64,000 nt of DNA, from positions 64,001 to 128,000 of the forward strand of contig JBBRSP010000007.1 of NCBI GenBank assembly GCA_038245295.1, read 5' to 3'. Made by a program: the position numbers and the translations under genes. Below, in pieces: positions 50,255 to 59,789 of the stretch. The stretch's first letter is position 1. Each line of letters starts with the position of its first letter. Origin of the DNA: Candidatus Binatia bacterium (GTDB taxonomy: Bacteria; Desulfobacterota; Binatia; HRBIN30). The notes under the pieces were generated by a model. That model saw only the letters and a program-made list of their open reading frames with translations. It had not been told where the DNA came from and ran no database searches.

Positions 50255-50734
50255 ATGATTGAGCTCATCGAGAAATTCAAAGGTGCGGGTGAGGCGGGCG
50301 ACAACGTCACCTTGCCGTATGAATTGCGTCAGCGCAGCCGCCAGCGGCTGCGCCTCGACAGTGGCCGCGAGGCTGCCCTGTTGTTGCCGCACGGCACGGT
50401 GCTCGACGACGGGGATTACCTACGTGCGGCGGACGGGACAACCGTGAAGGTCGCCGCGGCAATCGAAACCATTGCCATCGGGCGTACCGCCGATCCGTTG
50501 CGTCTGGCGCGGGCCTGTTATCACCTCGGCAACCGCCACGTACCGCTGCAGGTTGGCGATGGTTGGATCGGGCATCAGGTGGATCACGTGCTGGAGGAAA
50601 TGGTTCGCGGCCTCGGACTGATGGTTACCCATGAGTCGGTTTGCTTCCAACCCGAACGCGGCGCCTACGACGGTCATGCGCACGCCCATCCCCACGACAG
50701 TGGCGGCCCGCACTCGCACGGACACCACCATTGA
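50255..50734 (+). CDS. ureE: Urease accessory protein UreE
   Basis: RACYHLGNRHVPLQ, FQPERGAY, His-rich C-terminus. Confidence 0.93.
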   Translation: MIELIEKFKGAGEAGDNVTLPYELRQRSRQRLRLDSGREAALLLPHGTVLDDGDYLRAADGTTVKVAAAIETIAIGRTADPLRLARACYHLGNRHVPLQVGDGWIGHQVDHVLEEMVRGLGLMVTHESVCFQPERGAYDGHAHAHPHDSGGPHSHGHHH

Positions 50735-51414
50735 AGGAGATCCCGGCAGATCTCACCCTGTTGCGCCTGCTCCAGCTGGCAAGCCCGGGGTTGCCCGTCG
50801 GTGCCTATGCCTTCTCGCAAGGACTTGAGTGGGCGGTCGCCGCTGGTTGGGTGAGTGACGAAGCGTCTCTGGCGAGTTGGCTCGCCGATCAGCTGACGCA
50901 TTCGTTCGGCAGCGTCGACGTACCGCTGTTGGCGCGTTTGTACGATGCGGCGCGGCGAGCCGATGACGCGGCGATGATGTCGTGGAGCCGGCAGCTGATG
51001 GCGCGTCGCGAGACGCGTGAGTTCGTCGCCGACGATTGCGAACGCGGGCGAGCCCTGGCGCGGCTGCTGCGTGATCTCGGGATTGCCGAGGCGCGTCCTT
51101 GGGTGACGCGCCGGGATGTGCCGTTCGCGGCGCTCGCGGCAATCGCGGCGGTGGCATGGGACATTCCGTTGGCAGCAACCGCGGCGGCCCTAGCTTGGGG
51201 TTGGCTCGAAAATCAGGTACTCGCCGGCGTGAAGTTGATCCCCCTCGGCCAGGTCGCCGGGCAGCGCTTGCTTCTGCAACTAACTCCACGCATCCCGACG
51301 GTTTGCGCCGACGGCCTGGCGCGCGGCGACGATGATATCGGCGGCACCTTGCCGATCGTCGCACTTGCCAGCAGTTTGCATGAGACGCAGTACACACGGT
51401 TGTTTCGGTCATGA
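50731..51414 (+). CDS. ureF: Urease accessory protein UreF
   Basis: LLQLASPGLPVGAYAFSQGLE, VKLIPLGQ, HETQYTRLFRS. Confidence 0.94.
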   Translation: MKEIPADLTLLRLLQLASPGLPVGAYAFSQGLEWAVAAGWVSDEASLASWLADQLTHSFGSVDVPLLARLYDAARRADDAAMMSWSRQLMARRETREFVADDCERGRALARLLRDLGIAEARPWVTRRDVPFAALAAIAAVAWDIPLAATAAALAWGWLENQVLAGVKLIPLGQVAGQRLLLQLTPRIPTVCADGLARGDDDIGGTLPIVALASSLHETQYTRLFRS

Positions 51415-51475
51415 CGCACTCGGCGTTGACGGAGCAATTGATGACCTGCGTTTCCCGGAACAAGACGAACCAGCA

Positions 51476-51613
51476 TCTCCCCTCTCCCACATCGAGTGGA
51501 ATCGCGGTCCGTGGGAGAAGGTTAGGGTGAGGGCACGTCGGCGGTTCCGTCCAGACTCCCCTCACCCCAACCCCCTCCCCGCGGTGTGGATTCCATTCGA
51601 GCGGGGCCAGGGA
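51476..51613. repeat. Paired REP-like elements between ureF and ureG
   Basis: CTCCCCTCTCCCAC...GTGGGAGAAGGTTAGGGTGAGGG then CCCTCACCCCAACCCCCTCCCCGC...GCGGGGCCAGGG. Confidence 0.8.
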
Positions 51614-51636
51614 ACCTGGCGAAGGAGACATGATCG

Positions 51637-52262
<626 letters not shown>

Positions 52263-52266
<4 letters not shown>

Positions 52267-52934
52267 ATGTCCGTCGATCGACGACTGCCAATAACCAATC
52301 GGTTGGCATTCGAGTTCCTGTTGTCCAACCGTGGATCGTCGCTGTGAGCGTGATGCTCCTCGCCGGGTGCGCCAACGTCACCTTCAAGCCCGGTGCCTCC
52401 GGAGAGGCGATGGGTGCCGACGAGCGCGCCTGTCGCGCCTCCAGCACGACCGACGCGGACTACGCGCAATGTATGCGGTCGCGTGGCTCGTATGTCGTCG
52501 GTGGCGGTTCGGAATCTACGCCGACACCGAAGATCGATCGGCCTGCGGCAACGCCGGCCTTGGGTAAACCCGAAAGGTCGGCAGGCACCCCCGCGGCGGC
52601 GACCGGCACCACCCCCGCGGCAGCGATACCGGCCGCCGCGAGCGCCCCGAACGCCGCTGTCGCGCCGCCTCCGTCACCCGCGGTCACACCGCCGCCGGCG
52701 GCCGAAGCGGAGCCAACGGCCGCAGCCGAGCCCGTTGACCCGTTGGAGAAGACTGCGGTCGGCAGTTGGTGGAGTATCGGCGGCACCACCAGCGATCTCG
52801 ATCGCGCCATCGCCGCCTGTGTCAAGAAACTCGGCGACGCACATCGCCCAAATTCCGGTGCGACCGTGGTCACCGTCGGTCTGCGCGATTGCCTACGCGA
52901 AGCCGGCTGGCGAGCCGTCAAGGCGGTGCCGTAA
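52263..52934 (+). CDS. Hypothetical lipoprotein with two small Cys-pair domains and a Pro/Ala-rich linker
   Basis: Lipobox LAGC; FKPGAS...C...CMRSRG and WWSIGG...C...CLREAGW; ATGA overlap with ureG. Confidence 0.65.
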
Positions 52935-53057
52935 TCTATCGCGCTTCCCCGACGAGGACGGCAAAGCCGCGCCATCGCCCCTAGCTCGCTGGCGGCGCTG
53001 ACGACGGAGACGTGCCCGCGGCAAACCGACAATCACCGGCGCCCCGGGCATATCGAT

Positions 53058-53640
53058 TCTTGTCGGGCCGGGGCACAAACAGCTGACATGCACACCGCTG
53101 CCTTCCGCTTCCTTCCACAACGCTTCCGAGAACGACAAGACAAACGCTTTCGACGCGTAGTAGATGGCCATCAGCGGGCCGGGTTGGAACGACGCAAGGG
53201 AGGCGACATTCAGAACACCGCCACGCTTGTTGGCGAGCATACGCGGCCAGTAGATGTGGGTTAGTTCCGCCAGCGCCCGATCGTTGAGGTCGATCATGCC
53301 GAGTTGGCTGGGGCGATCGGATCCCTCAAAGGACCCGGCGATGCCGTAACCGGCATTGTTGACCAATACATCGACCGCAAGGCCGCGCTTGGCGATCTCC
53401 GCGGCCAGTGTCTCACCACCTCCGGGCGTGCCCAGGTCGCCGGGAACGGGCGTCGCTTTGATACCGTACTCGGTGGAAAGACGTGTCGCCACCTCCTTCA
53501 ACGCAGCCTCGGAACGCGCCGTGAGAATGAGGTCGTAGCCGTCCTTCGCGAAGCATTCCGCAAGATCGACGCCGATCCCCATACTGGCTTCGGTGATCAG
53601 TGCTGTCTGGCCTTGGCCTGGTCCGTTCTGTGCCGTCCAT
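53058..53640 (-). pseudogene. Short-chain dehydrogenase (DltE-like), frameshifted and C-terminally truncated
   Basis: ATG at 53640 is out of frame with TAQNGPGQGQTALITEASMGIG. TGAS reads TEAS. NNAG and YYASK intact. Similarity ends after LCPGPT. Confidence 0.75.
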
Positions 53641-53703
53641 GTCTCCTGCGGGGGTGCCCTCTGAACTGATAGACGCGGAAATCGCGGCCCACCGAGCAGC
53701 TAT

Positions 53704-54831
53704 CTACGACTGACGAGGCGGCAGAGTAAAGCGGAAGGTCGATCCGACGCCGAGCTTGCTCTCGACACTCACGGCGCCGCCGTGCGCCTCGACGAATGTC
53801 TCGACGATGGCAAGGCCAAGGCCGATGCCATCTTTCTCCGGATCGGTCTCATGCTTCTCGAACACCGTCGCTCGACGCTCTTCCGACATGCCTTCGCCGT
53901 TGTCGCGCACCGCACACTCGACGCCGCCTCCCGGCAAGGTTCGCGCTTCGATGACGACCTCGCCACGCGGTGTATAGTTGATGGCGTTGGCGATCAGATT
54001 CTGGAAGACACGCCGCAGCAAACCGGCGTCGGCGTAGGCAACCAGATCATCGGGTATGGCGTTGACGAGTGTTGTACTCGCCGTGCCGGCGACCGGGTGT
54101 AGATCGTGGACGAGCGCTTCGACCAGCGGCCAGAGATCCAGATCGCGGCGCTCCAACTTGATGCCCACCTCGGTTTCGACGTTGGTGTTCTCCTCGAGAA
54201 CCTTGGCGACCAGCGCCTCAAGATGTTGAACGTTGCGGCGTAGCGCGTTGAACATTCTGGAAGCTTGTCCGCTATCCGACGGGTCACGCGGCAGGGTCAT
54301 CTCGAGCACGCGTGCCGCCATCGAGATGGCGTTGAGAGGCGTGCGCAGGTCGTGCGCCACAAATGCCAGATACTCTTCACGCTTCTCCTGCGCCTCCAGC
54401 GCCTTGTACGCCGCGAAGGATTGCACGGCGAGCCCGATCGCGCCGTCGAGCACGCGATTGACGATGTGAAATGGCTCGCCCTGCAGGATCAGTCCGTTCT
54501 GGTCTGCCAGATCGTGAATGCAATCGCGCAGGATGTCATATTCGGCGACCACTTCTTCGATATCGAATGCATCCCGGACGCGCTGTAGGCCGTGGGCTGT
54601 CGGACTGCCCTCGCGCAACGCCTCGGCGATGGTTTGATCGCCGGAGCCGCTGTGCAGGGCAACCGCGATCTCACGCAGCACACGCGGGATATGGTCGTTC
54701 AGGCTCGGTGTATCGAGATGCTTGGCCGATCGGAGTTGGCGGACTTGATCACGCCAACGCGCCAGCAACGGTTCCATCTCGACTTCAAGGAGGCGAGCCA
54801 ACCGGTCGCGGGTTTCGACGGGGTCCACCAT
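53704..54831 (-). CDS. Cytoplasmic sensor histidine kinase with RsbRD_N-like N-terminal domain
   Basis: H-box FVAHDLRTPL, N-box QNLIANA, DNGEGM, GIGLGLAI; N-terminal LARWR...DHIP...HGLQR...VVAEY. Confidence 0.88.
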   Translation of the reverse strand: MVDPVETRDRLARLLEVEMEPLLARWRDQVRQLRSAKHLDTPSLNDHIPRVLREIAVALHSGSGDQTIAEALREGSPTAHGLQRVRDAFDIEEVVAEYDILRDCIHDLADQNGLILQGEPFHIVNRVLDGAIGLAVQSFAAYKALEAQEKREEYLAFVAHDLRTPLNAISMAARVLEMTLPRDPSDSGQASRMFNALRRNVQHLEALVAKVLEENTNVETEVGIKLERRDLDLWPLVEALVHDLHPVAGTASTTLVNAIPDDLVAYADAGLLRRVFQNLIANAINYTPRGEVVIEARTLPGGGVECAVRDNGEGMSEERRATVFEKHETDPEKDGIGLGLAIVETFVEAHGGAVSVESKLGVGSTFRFTLPPRQS

Positions 54832-54904
54832 CGCAGCATGCCGGAGGACACTTGGCTTGCCCAGACCCAATATTGACACTCACTCCGGATCTCTGTTCCT
54901 TGCC

Positions 54905-55639
54905 CTACAGGAGCCCACCCTCGCGGGCCGGGCGGGCGCGCTGGTTGTACAGCAGCTTCCGCAAACGCTCGGCGTCCTCCGGGGACACTTTAGACATATC
55001 AACCTGCAAGTCGGCACCGGCGGCCATGCCGCGTTGCACACCCGGCCTGGCACCGAGCTCCTCGAACCAGCGCTTGAAGTAGCGGAACTCTTCGATGTTC
55101 TGGCCTTGCTGTTGCCAGCCGACGGTCCACGGATAACAGATCATGTCGGCGATGCCGTATTCGTCGCCGGCGACGTAACGGCGATCGTAGAGGCGGTTGT
55201 TGAGCACGCCATACAGACGATTCACCTCATCGGTGAAGCGGCGCACCGCGTACGATTGATCCCCTTGCGACTCGCCGAGACGGCGGAAGTGGCCGCACTC
55301 ACCCGTCTTCGGGCCCTGATTGGCCATCTGCCAGATGACCCATTGATTGATTTCATAGCGCGAGCGGATCGCCTGCGGGTAGAACCGGCCGGCCTTCTCA
55401 GCGAGGTACATGATGATGGCGCCGGACTCGAATACCGAGATCGGCGCTCCACCGTCGGACGGCGCGTCGTCGATAATCGCCGGCATGCGATTGTTCGGGC
55501 TGATCTTTAGAAACTCGTCGGTGAACTGATCCCCCTGGCCGATGCTACACGGTACGATGCGATACGGCATGCCGCACTCCTCGAGCAGAATCGTGATCTT
55601 CTTGCCGTTCGGAGTTGGCCAAAAGTGTAGATCGATCAT
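54905..55639 (-). CDS. Glutathione S-transferase, YfcG/Nu-class-like
   Basis: MIDLHFWPTPNGKK, ISPNNRMPAI, FESGAI, WQMANQGP; RBS GGAGG. Confidence 0.92.
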   Translation of the reverse strand: MIDLHFWPTPNGKKITILLEECGMPYRIVPCSIGQGDQFTDEFLKISPNNRMPAIIDDAPSDGGAPISVFESGAIIMYLAEKAGRFYPQAIRSRYEINQWVIWQMANQGPKTGECGHFRRLGESQGDQSYAVRRFTDEVNRLYGVLNNRLYDRRYVAGDEYGIADMICYPWTVGWQQQGQNIEEFRYFKRWFEELGARPGVQRGMAAGADLQVDMSKVSPEDAERLRKLLYNQRARPAREGGLL

Positions 55640-55927
55640 GTGTCCCTCCGTGGTCGCGCCGGTGTCTCTCTGAGGCACCCCAATGCGCGCTTTTTGGGGC
55701 ACTTCGTGTCACATCGTCGCGAGGATGCCACCCCGGATGCGCCGACGGAAGCATGCAACTGACTTTGGGACGCTGTAACACAGACCACGCTTTACCCATT
55801 CGGGCCTCCAAGTTCCCCGCCCGTGCCCGTGCGCCCGCCCGCGTTCGCGGCATGGATCAAGCGCAACGCAGGCACGGGCACGGAGAATACTTTCAACCCT
55901 CAGGCCATCGCGATATTAGAGCGCGCG

Positions 55928-56851
55928 ATGCAGCAATCAGCGACCCAACGCCTCGCAGACCGCGCCGTGTTTCCGCTCCTCGTTGCGGCGATCACAGGCG
56001 TGGCCCTGTTCGGCCCGGAGATCGACCTCGCCGGCCGTTTGGCGATCGAAGCGCGAGTCGCACAGGGTCTCTTGCTGTTCGCCACCGTGGTCTTCTTCTA
56101 CAGCCTCGTCGCGACGCTGGAGTGGCTACATCCGTACCGCCGCGAATGGCGGCTCCCGGCCGGTGACGTACGCACCGATGTGCTGCACCTGCTGCTGTCC
56201 GGACCAGGCAGCAGCGCGTTCTTCGACGCGACGCTGCGTGGCGTTGCCACCGCCGCCGCGGACTGGTGTGCTTCACGCTGGGGTGGGTCGTTGTGGCCGA
56301 CACAGTGGCCGGCAGTCCTGCAGCTGTTCCTCGCCATCCTGATCGCCGAGCTTGGACACTACGCGTTCCATCGGCTGTCGCACGAGAACCCCTGGGTGTG
56401 GCGGCTGCACGCAACACACCACAGCCCGTCACGCCTCTATTGGCTCAATGCCACGCGCTTTCACCCACTGGATCTCCTCGCCCTCATCACCTGCCAGAGT
56501 GTGCCCTTGATCCTGCTGGGAATTACCCCGGAAGCATACTTTCGCTACGCGCTGTTCACGGTTGCCTACGGTCAGGTGCAACACGGCAACATCGCCGTCG
56601 ACACACGCTGGTTCGATTGGCTGTTCAGCACACCAACGCTGCACCGCTGGCACCACTCTGACAATCCGCGCGAGGGCAACACCAACTATGGCGCCATCCT
56701 GATCACCTGGGATCTGCTTTTCGGTAGCTTCTTTCGCCCGAGGCGGGAGTTCCACGGACATGTCGGCATCGGCCGTATGCCGGAGTTTCCCACCAGCTAC
56801 CTCGGGCAACTCGCCTCGCCGTTTCGCTGGAAGCGCTGGCTCCAGCGCTAG
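55928..56851 (+). CDS. Sterol desaturase / fatty acid hydroxylase family membrane di-iron enzyme
   Basis: His boxes HRLSH, HATHH, HRWHH; NYGAILITWDLLFGS. Confidence 0.9.
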   Translation: MQQSATQRLADRAVFPLLVAAITGVALFGPEIDLAGRLAIEARVAQGLLLFATVVFFYSLVATLEWLHPYRREWRLPAGDVRTDVLHLLLSGPGSSAFFDATLRGVATAAADWCASRWGGSLWPTQWPAVLQLFLAILIAELGHYAFHRLSHENPWVWRLHATHHSPSRLYWLNATRFHPLDLLALITCQSVPLILLGITPEAYFRYALFTVAYGQVQHGNIAVDTRWFDWLFSTPTLHRWHHSDNPREGNTNYGAILITWDLLFGSFFRPRREFHGHVGIGRMPEFPTSYLGQLASPFRWKRWLQR

Positions 56852-56867
56852 AAAATGAGCCCCAACT

Positions 56868-57881
56868 TCACCGGCGCGCGTAACCGCTCGGGGACTGGCC
56901 GGTCCAACGTTTAAAGGCGCGCGAGAATGTGCTGGTGTCGGCAAAGCCGACCATGAAGGCAATGTCGGTGACCGACAGCCGTCCCTCGACGATATAGTTG
57001 CGTGCCAAGGTCATGCGCGCCGCATCGAGCAACTCCTTATACGATGTCCCCTCGTCACCGAGGTGTCGCTGCAGCGTGCGCGCACTCATGCCGAGCTTGC
57101 GCGCCACCGTCTCCTTGCTCGGCGCGCCGTCCGGGAGGCTTTCGAGCAAGGCTTGCTGCACTTTGTTGGTGACGCGCGCCGTTTCGAGGCGCGCCAGGTA
57201 ACGGACGATCACCTCGTCGTTCTGACGTGCAAGCTCGGCGTTTCCGGCCGGCAGACGGCGCTCGAGGTCTTCGCGTTTGTATTCAACACTGTTGCAGGGC
57301 TGCGAGAAGCGCACCGGGCAGCGGAACATCTTGGCGAACGGTTCGGTGTCGGCTGGCGCCGGGCGCTGCAGAGAAACCTCAGTCGGGCTGAAACGCGGGT
57401 CGCCGCACAACAGCCGCGCCTGGCGGACACAAAGTGCGGCTACCGCATCGACGGCTTCGAACGGTGCACCCGGCGGAGCCGACACGTCGATGATCAAGCG
57501 GTAATGGTCGCCAGCCTCCTCGAGACGCAGCTCCAGCACGTCACCGACCATTCGCCGGTAACGAATAACACGCTCCAGGGAATCCTTCAGGGTGCTACTG
57601 GCCAACACCGCATAACCGAGCGCGTGGAAGGTGGTCTGCGCCGTGTAACGGGTTGCGGTAAGGCCAAAACAGGCATCGCCGGTCGCCTCGACCGCCAGTT
57701 GCCACAAGCGCGTCAGCGCCTCGCGCGGCACGCGCGCATCAGGATCTTCCAACGACTCGGGATCGATGCCGGCCTCACGCGCCAGTTGCGGCGCATCGAC
57801 GCCGTGCGCCTCGATCGCGCGCAGGATCGCCGCACTCCAACTGCCGATCGTTGACGGTACATTACGGTTCAGCTTGGCCAA
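56868..57881 (-). CDS. AraC-family transcriptional regulator (Arabinose_bd_2 type)
   Basis: LEDPDARVP, ATGDACFGL, ARKLGMSARTLQRHL, FSRAFKRWTGQSPS. Start uncertain. Confidence 0.92.
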   Translation of the reverse strand: MAKLNRNVPSTIGSWSAAILRAIEAHGVDAPQLAREAGIDPESLEDPDARVPREALTRLWQLAVEATGDACFGLTATRYTAQTTFHALGYAVLASSTLKDSLERVIRYRRMVGDVLELRLEEAGDHYRLIIDVSAPPGAPFEAVDAVAALCVRQARLLCGDPRFSPTEVSLQRPAPADTEPFAKMFRCPVRFSQPCNSVEYKREDLERRLPAGNAELARQNDEVIVRYLARLETARVTNKVQQALLESLPDGAPSKETVARKLGMSARTLQRHLGDEGTSYKELLDAARMTLARNYIVEGRLSVTDIAFMVGFADTSTFSRAFKRWTGQSPSGYARR

Positions 57882-57972
57882 GCGTTTGTCTCGAATAGCA
57901 CGCAAGATTGGCCCACTCGGCAAAGCAAGGCAACCGCCGCCCGTATATTGTGACGGCACCAGGAGGACACAG

Positions 57973-58908
57973 ATGGATCAGCCGATCATTCGAGTCAGCG
58001 ATATCGCCTTTCCCTACTTCAGCGCCCCCGATCTGAACGTGATGGAAACGTTCCTCGGCGTCTTTGGAATGCAGATCCTGGAGCGTACCAACAACGCCCT
58101 CTACATGCGCGGCACCGACGCACACGGACCGGTGCACGTGACCTACTCGGGCGAGCCAGCCTTCGTTGGCCTCGCCTTCCATGCCGATTCGGCGGCTGAT
58201 CTCGAACGACTCGCCAAGGCGACCGGCACCAAGGTCAAACCGCGCAAGGAAGCGGGCGGCGGCGATGTCGTACATCTGAAGGATCCGGATGGGCGTCGCA
58301 TCGACGTCGTACACGGCCTCCAATCCCTGGAGCCGTTGCCCCTGCGGGCGCACCCGCCGCTCAATACGGGTGGCAATCGAACCCGCGTCGGTACCCTGCA
58401 ACGCGTTGCTCCCGGTCCGGCACAAGTGAAACGCTGTGGCCACGCCGCTCTCAAGACGACCAATCTCGCCATCCTGGCGCGCTGGTACTACGAACATCTC
58501 GGCCTACTGATCTCCGACGACTTTTACATCGAGGGTCCCGACAAACCGATGGGTCGCTTCATGCGCTGTGATCGCGGCGACCAACCGGCCGATCACCACA
58601 CGCTGCTGCTCGTCGAGGTGGGCGAGGTCAAGCTCGGACACGTCGCCTGGGAAGTCGCCGACCTCGACGACCTCATGGTCGGCCACGATCACCTGAAGAT
58701 GAACGGCGGCTACAATCACTACTGGGGCATCGGACGCCACGTCCTCGGTGGCCAGATTTTCGACTATTGGAAGGATCCGCTGGGATTTACCGTCGAGCAC
58801 TGGACCGACAGTGACCTGCTCATCGCTGACACGCCGGCGCAGTCGCATCACATCCTGAACGCGCTGAGCCAGTGGGGCCCGCCGCCGCCGCCGGATCTGG
58901 ATTTTTGA
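57973..58908 (+). CDS. Two-domain VOC family protein (extradiol dioxygenase-like)
   Basis: GHAAL, DHHTL, HVAWEV, WGIGRHVLGGQIFDYWKDPLGFTVEH; RBS AGGAGG. Confidence 0.85.
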   Translation: MDQPIIRVSDIAFPYFSAPDLNVMETFLGVFGMQILERTNNALYMRGTDAHGPVHVTYSGEPAFVGLAFHADSAADLERLAKATGTKVKPRKEAGGGDVVHLKDPDGRRIDVVHGLQSLEPLPLRAHPPLNTGGNRTRVGTLQRVAPGPAQVKRCGHAALKTTNLAILARWYYEHLGLLISDDFYIEGPDKPMGRFMRCDRGDQPADHHTLLLVEVGEVKLGHVAWEVADLDDLMVGHDHLKMNGGYNHYWGIGRHVLGGQIFDYWKDPLGFTVEHWTDSDLLIADTPAQSHHILNALSQWGPPPPPDLDF

Positions 58909-58918
58909 GGTTTGAAAT

Positions 58919-59698
58919 ATGGATCTCGGCATCAAAGGCAAACAAGCGATCGTTTGTGCGGCCAGCAAGGGGATTGGAAAAGCCTGCGCCATCTCACTGG
59001 CGCGCGAAGGTGTCGATGTAACGATCAACTCGCGCGGTGGTGAGGCCCTCGACGCGGCCGAGGCGGAGATCCGGGAGATGACGGGCGTGCGCGTCACAGC
59101 CGTCGCCGGTGACATCGCAGCAGCCGAGACACGTGACGCCTTGTTGGCTGCGTGTCCGCATCCCGACATTTTGATCAACAACAATGGTGGACCGATGCCT
59201 GGCCGCTTCCAGGATTGGGATCGCGACGCCTGGCTCGCCGCTGTCGAGGCCAATCTGGTGGCGCCGGTCCTGATGATTCGCGCCGTGCTGGATGGGATGG
59301 TGGAACGTCGCTTCGGACGTATCGTCAACATCACCTCGGCGATGGTGAAAACCCCGATCGGCGCCATGGGCCTATCGTCTGGCGCACGCACCGGCCTGAC
59401 GTCGGTGTGCAAGGGACTGTCGCGCGACGTTGCCCACGCGAATGTCACGATCAACAACATCCTGCCCGAGCGCATTGACACGGAGCGCCAACGTTTCATG
59501 GCGCAGATCACCGCCGCCATGAAGGGCTGTTCACTTGACGAGGCATACGCCGAGATGCGCGGTTCCATCGCCGCGCGCCGGCTCGGGCGTCCGGATGAAG
59601 TTGGCGACTCTTGTGCGTTCCTGTGTAGCGCCCAGGCCGGCTTCATCTCAGGGCAGAATCTTCAACTCGACGGCGGCTCGTACGCCGGCTTGATGTAA
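58919..59698 (+). CDS. SDR family oxidoreductase (FabG-like, no canonical YxxxK)
   Basis: MDLGIKGKQAIVCAASKGIG, NNNGGP, GRIVNITS, ISGQNLQLDGG. Confidence 0.88.
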   Translation: MDLGIKGKQAIVCAASKGIGKACAISLAREGVDVTINSRGGEALDAAEAEIREMTGVRVTAVAGDIAAAETRDALLAACPHPDILINNNGGPMPGRFQDWDRDAWLAAVEANLVAPVLMIRAVLDGMVERRFGRIVNITSAMVKTPIGAMGLSSGARTGLTSVCKGLSRDVAHANVTINNILPERIDTERQRFMAQITAAMKGCSLDEAYAEMRGSIAARRLGRPDEVGDSCAFLCSAQAGFISGQNLQLDGGSYAGLM

Positions 59699-59718
59699 CC
59701 CACGCTGATCAACAAACG

Positions 59719-59776
59719 CCACTCTCCCACTTCGAGTTGAATCGCTTCTGGTGGGAGCGGATCGGGGTAAGGGTGA
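59719..59776. repeat. REP-like palindrome, CCCTCTCCC family (copy E)
   Basis: CTCTCCCACTTCGAGTTGAATCG...GTGGGAGCGGATCGGGGTAAGGG. Confidence 0.65.
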
Positions 59777-59789
59777 AGGAGAACCCGAG

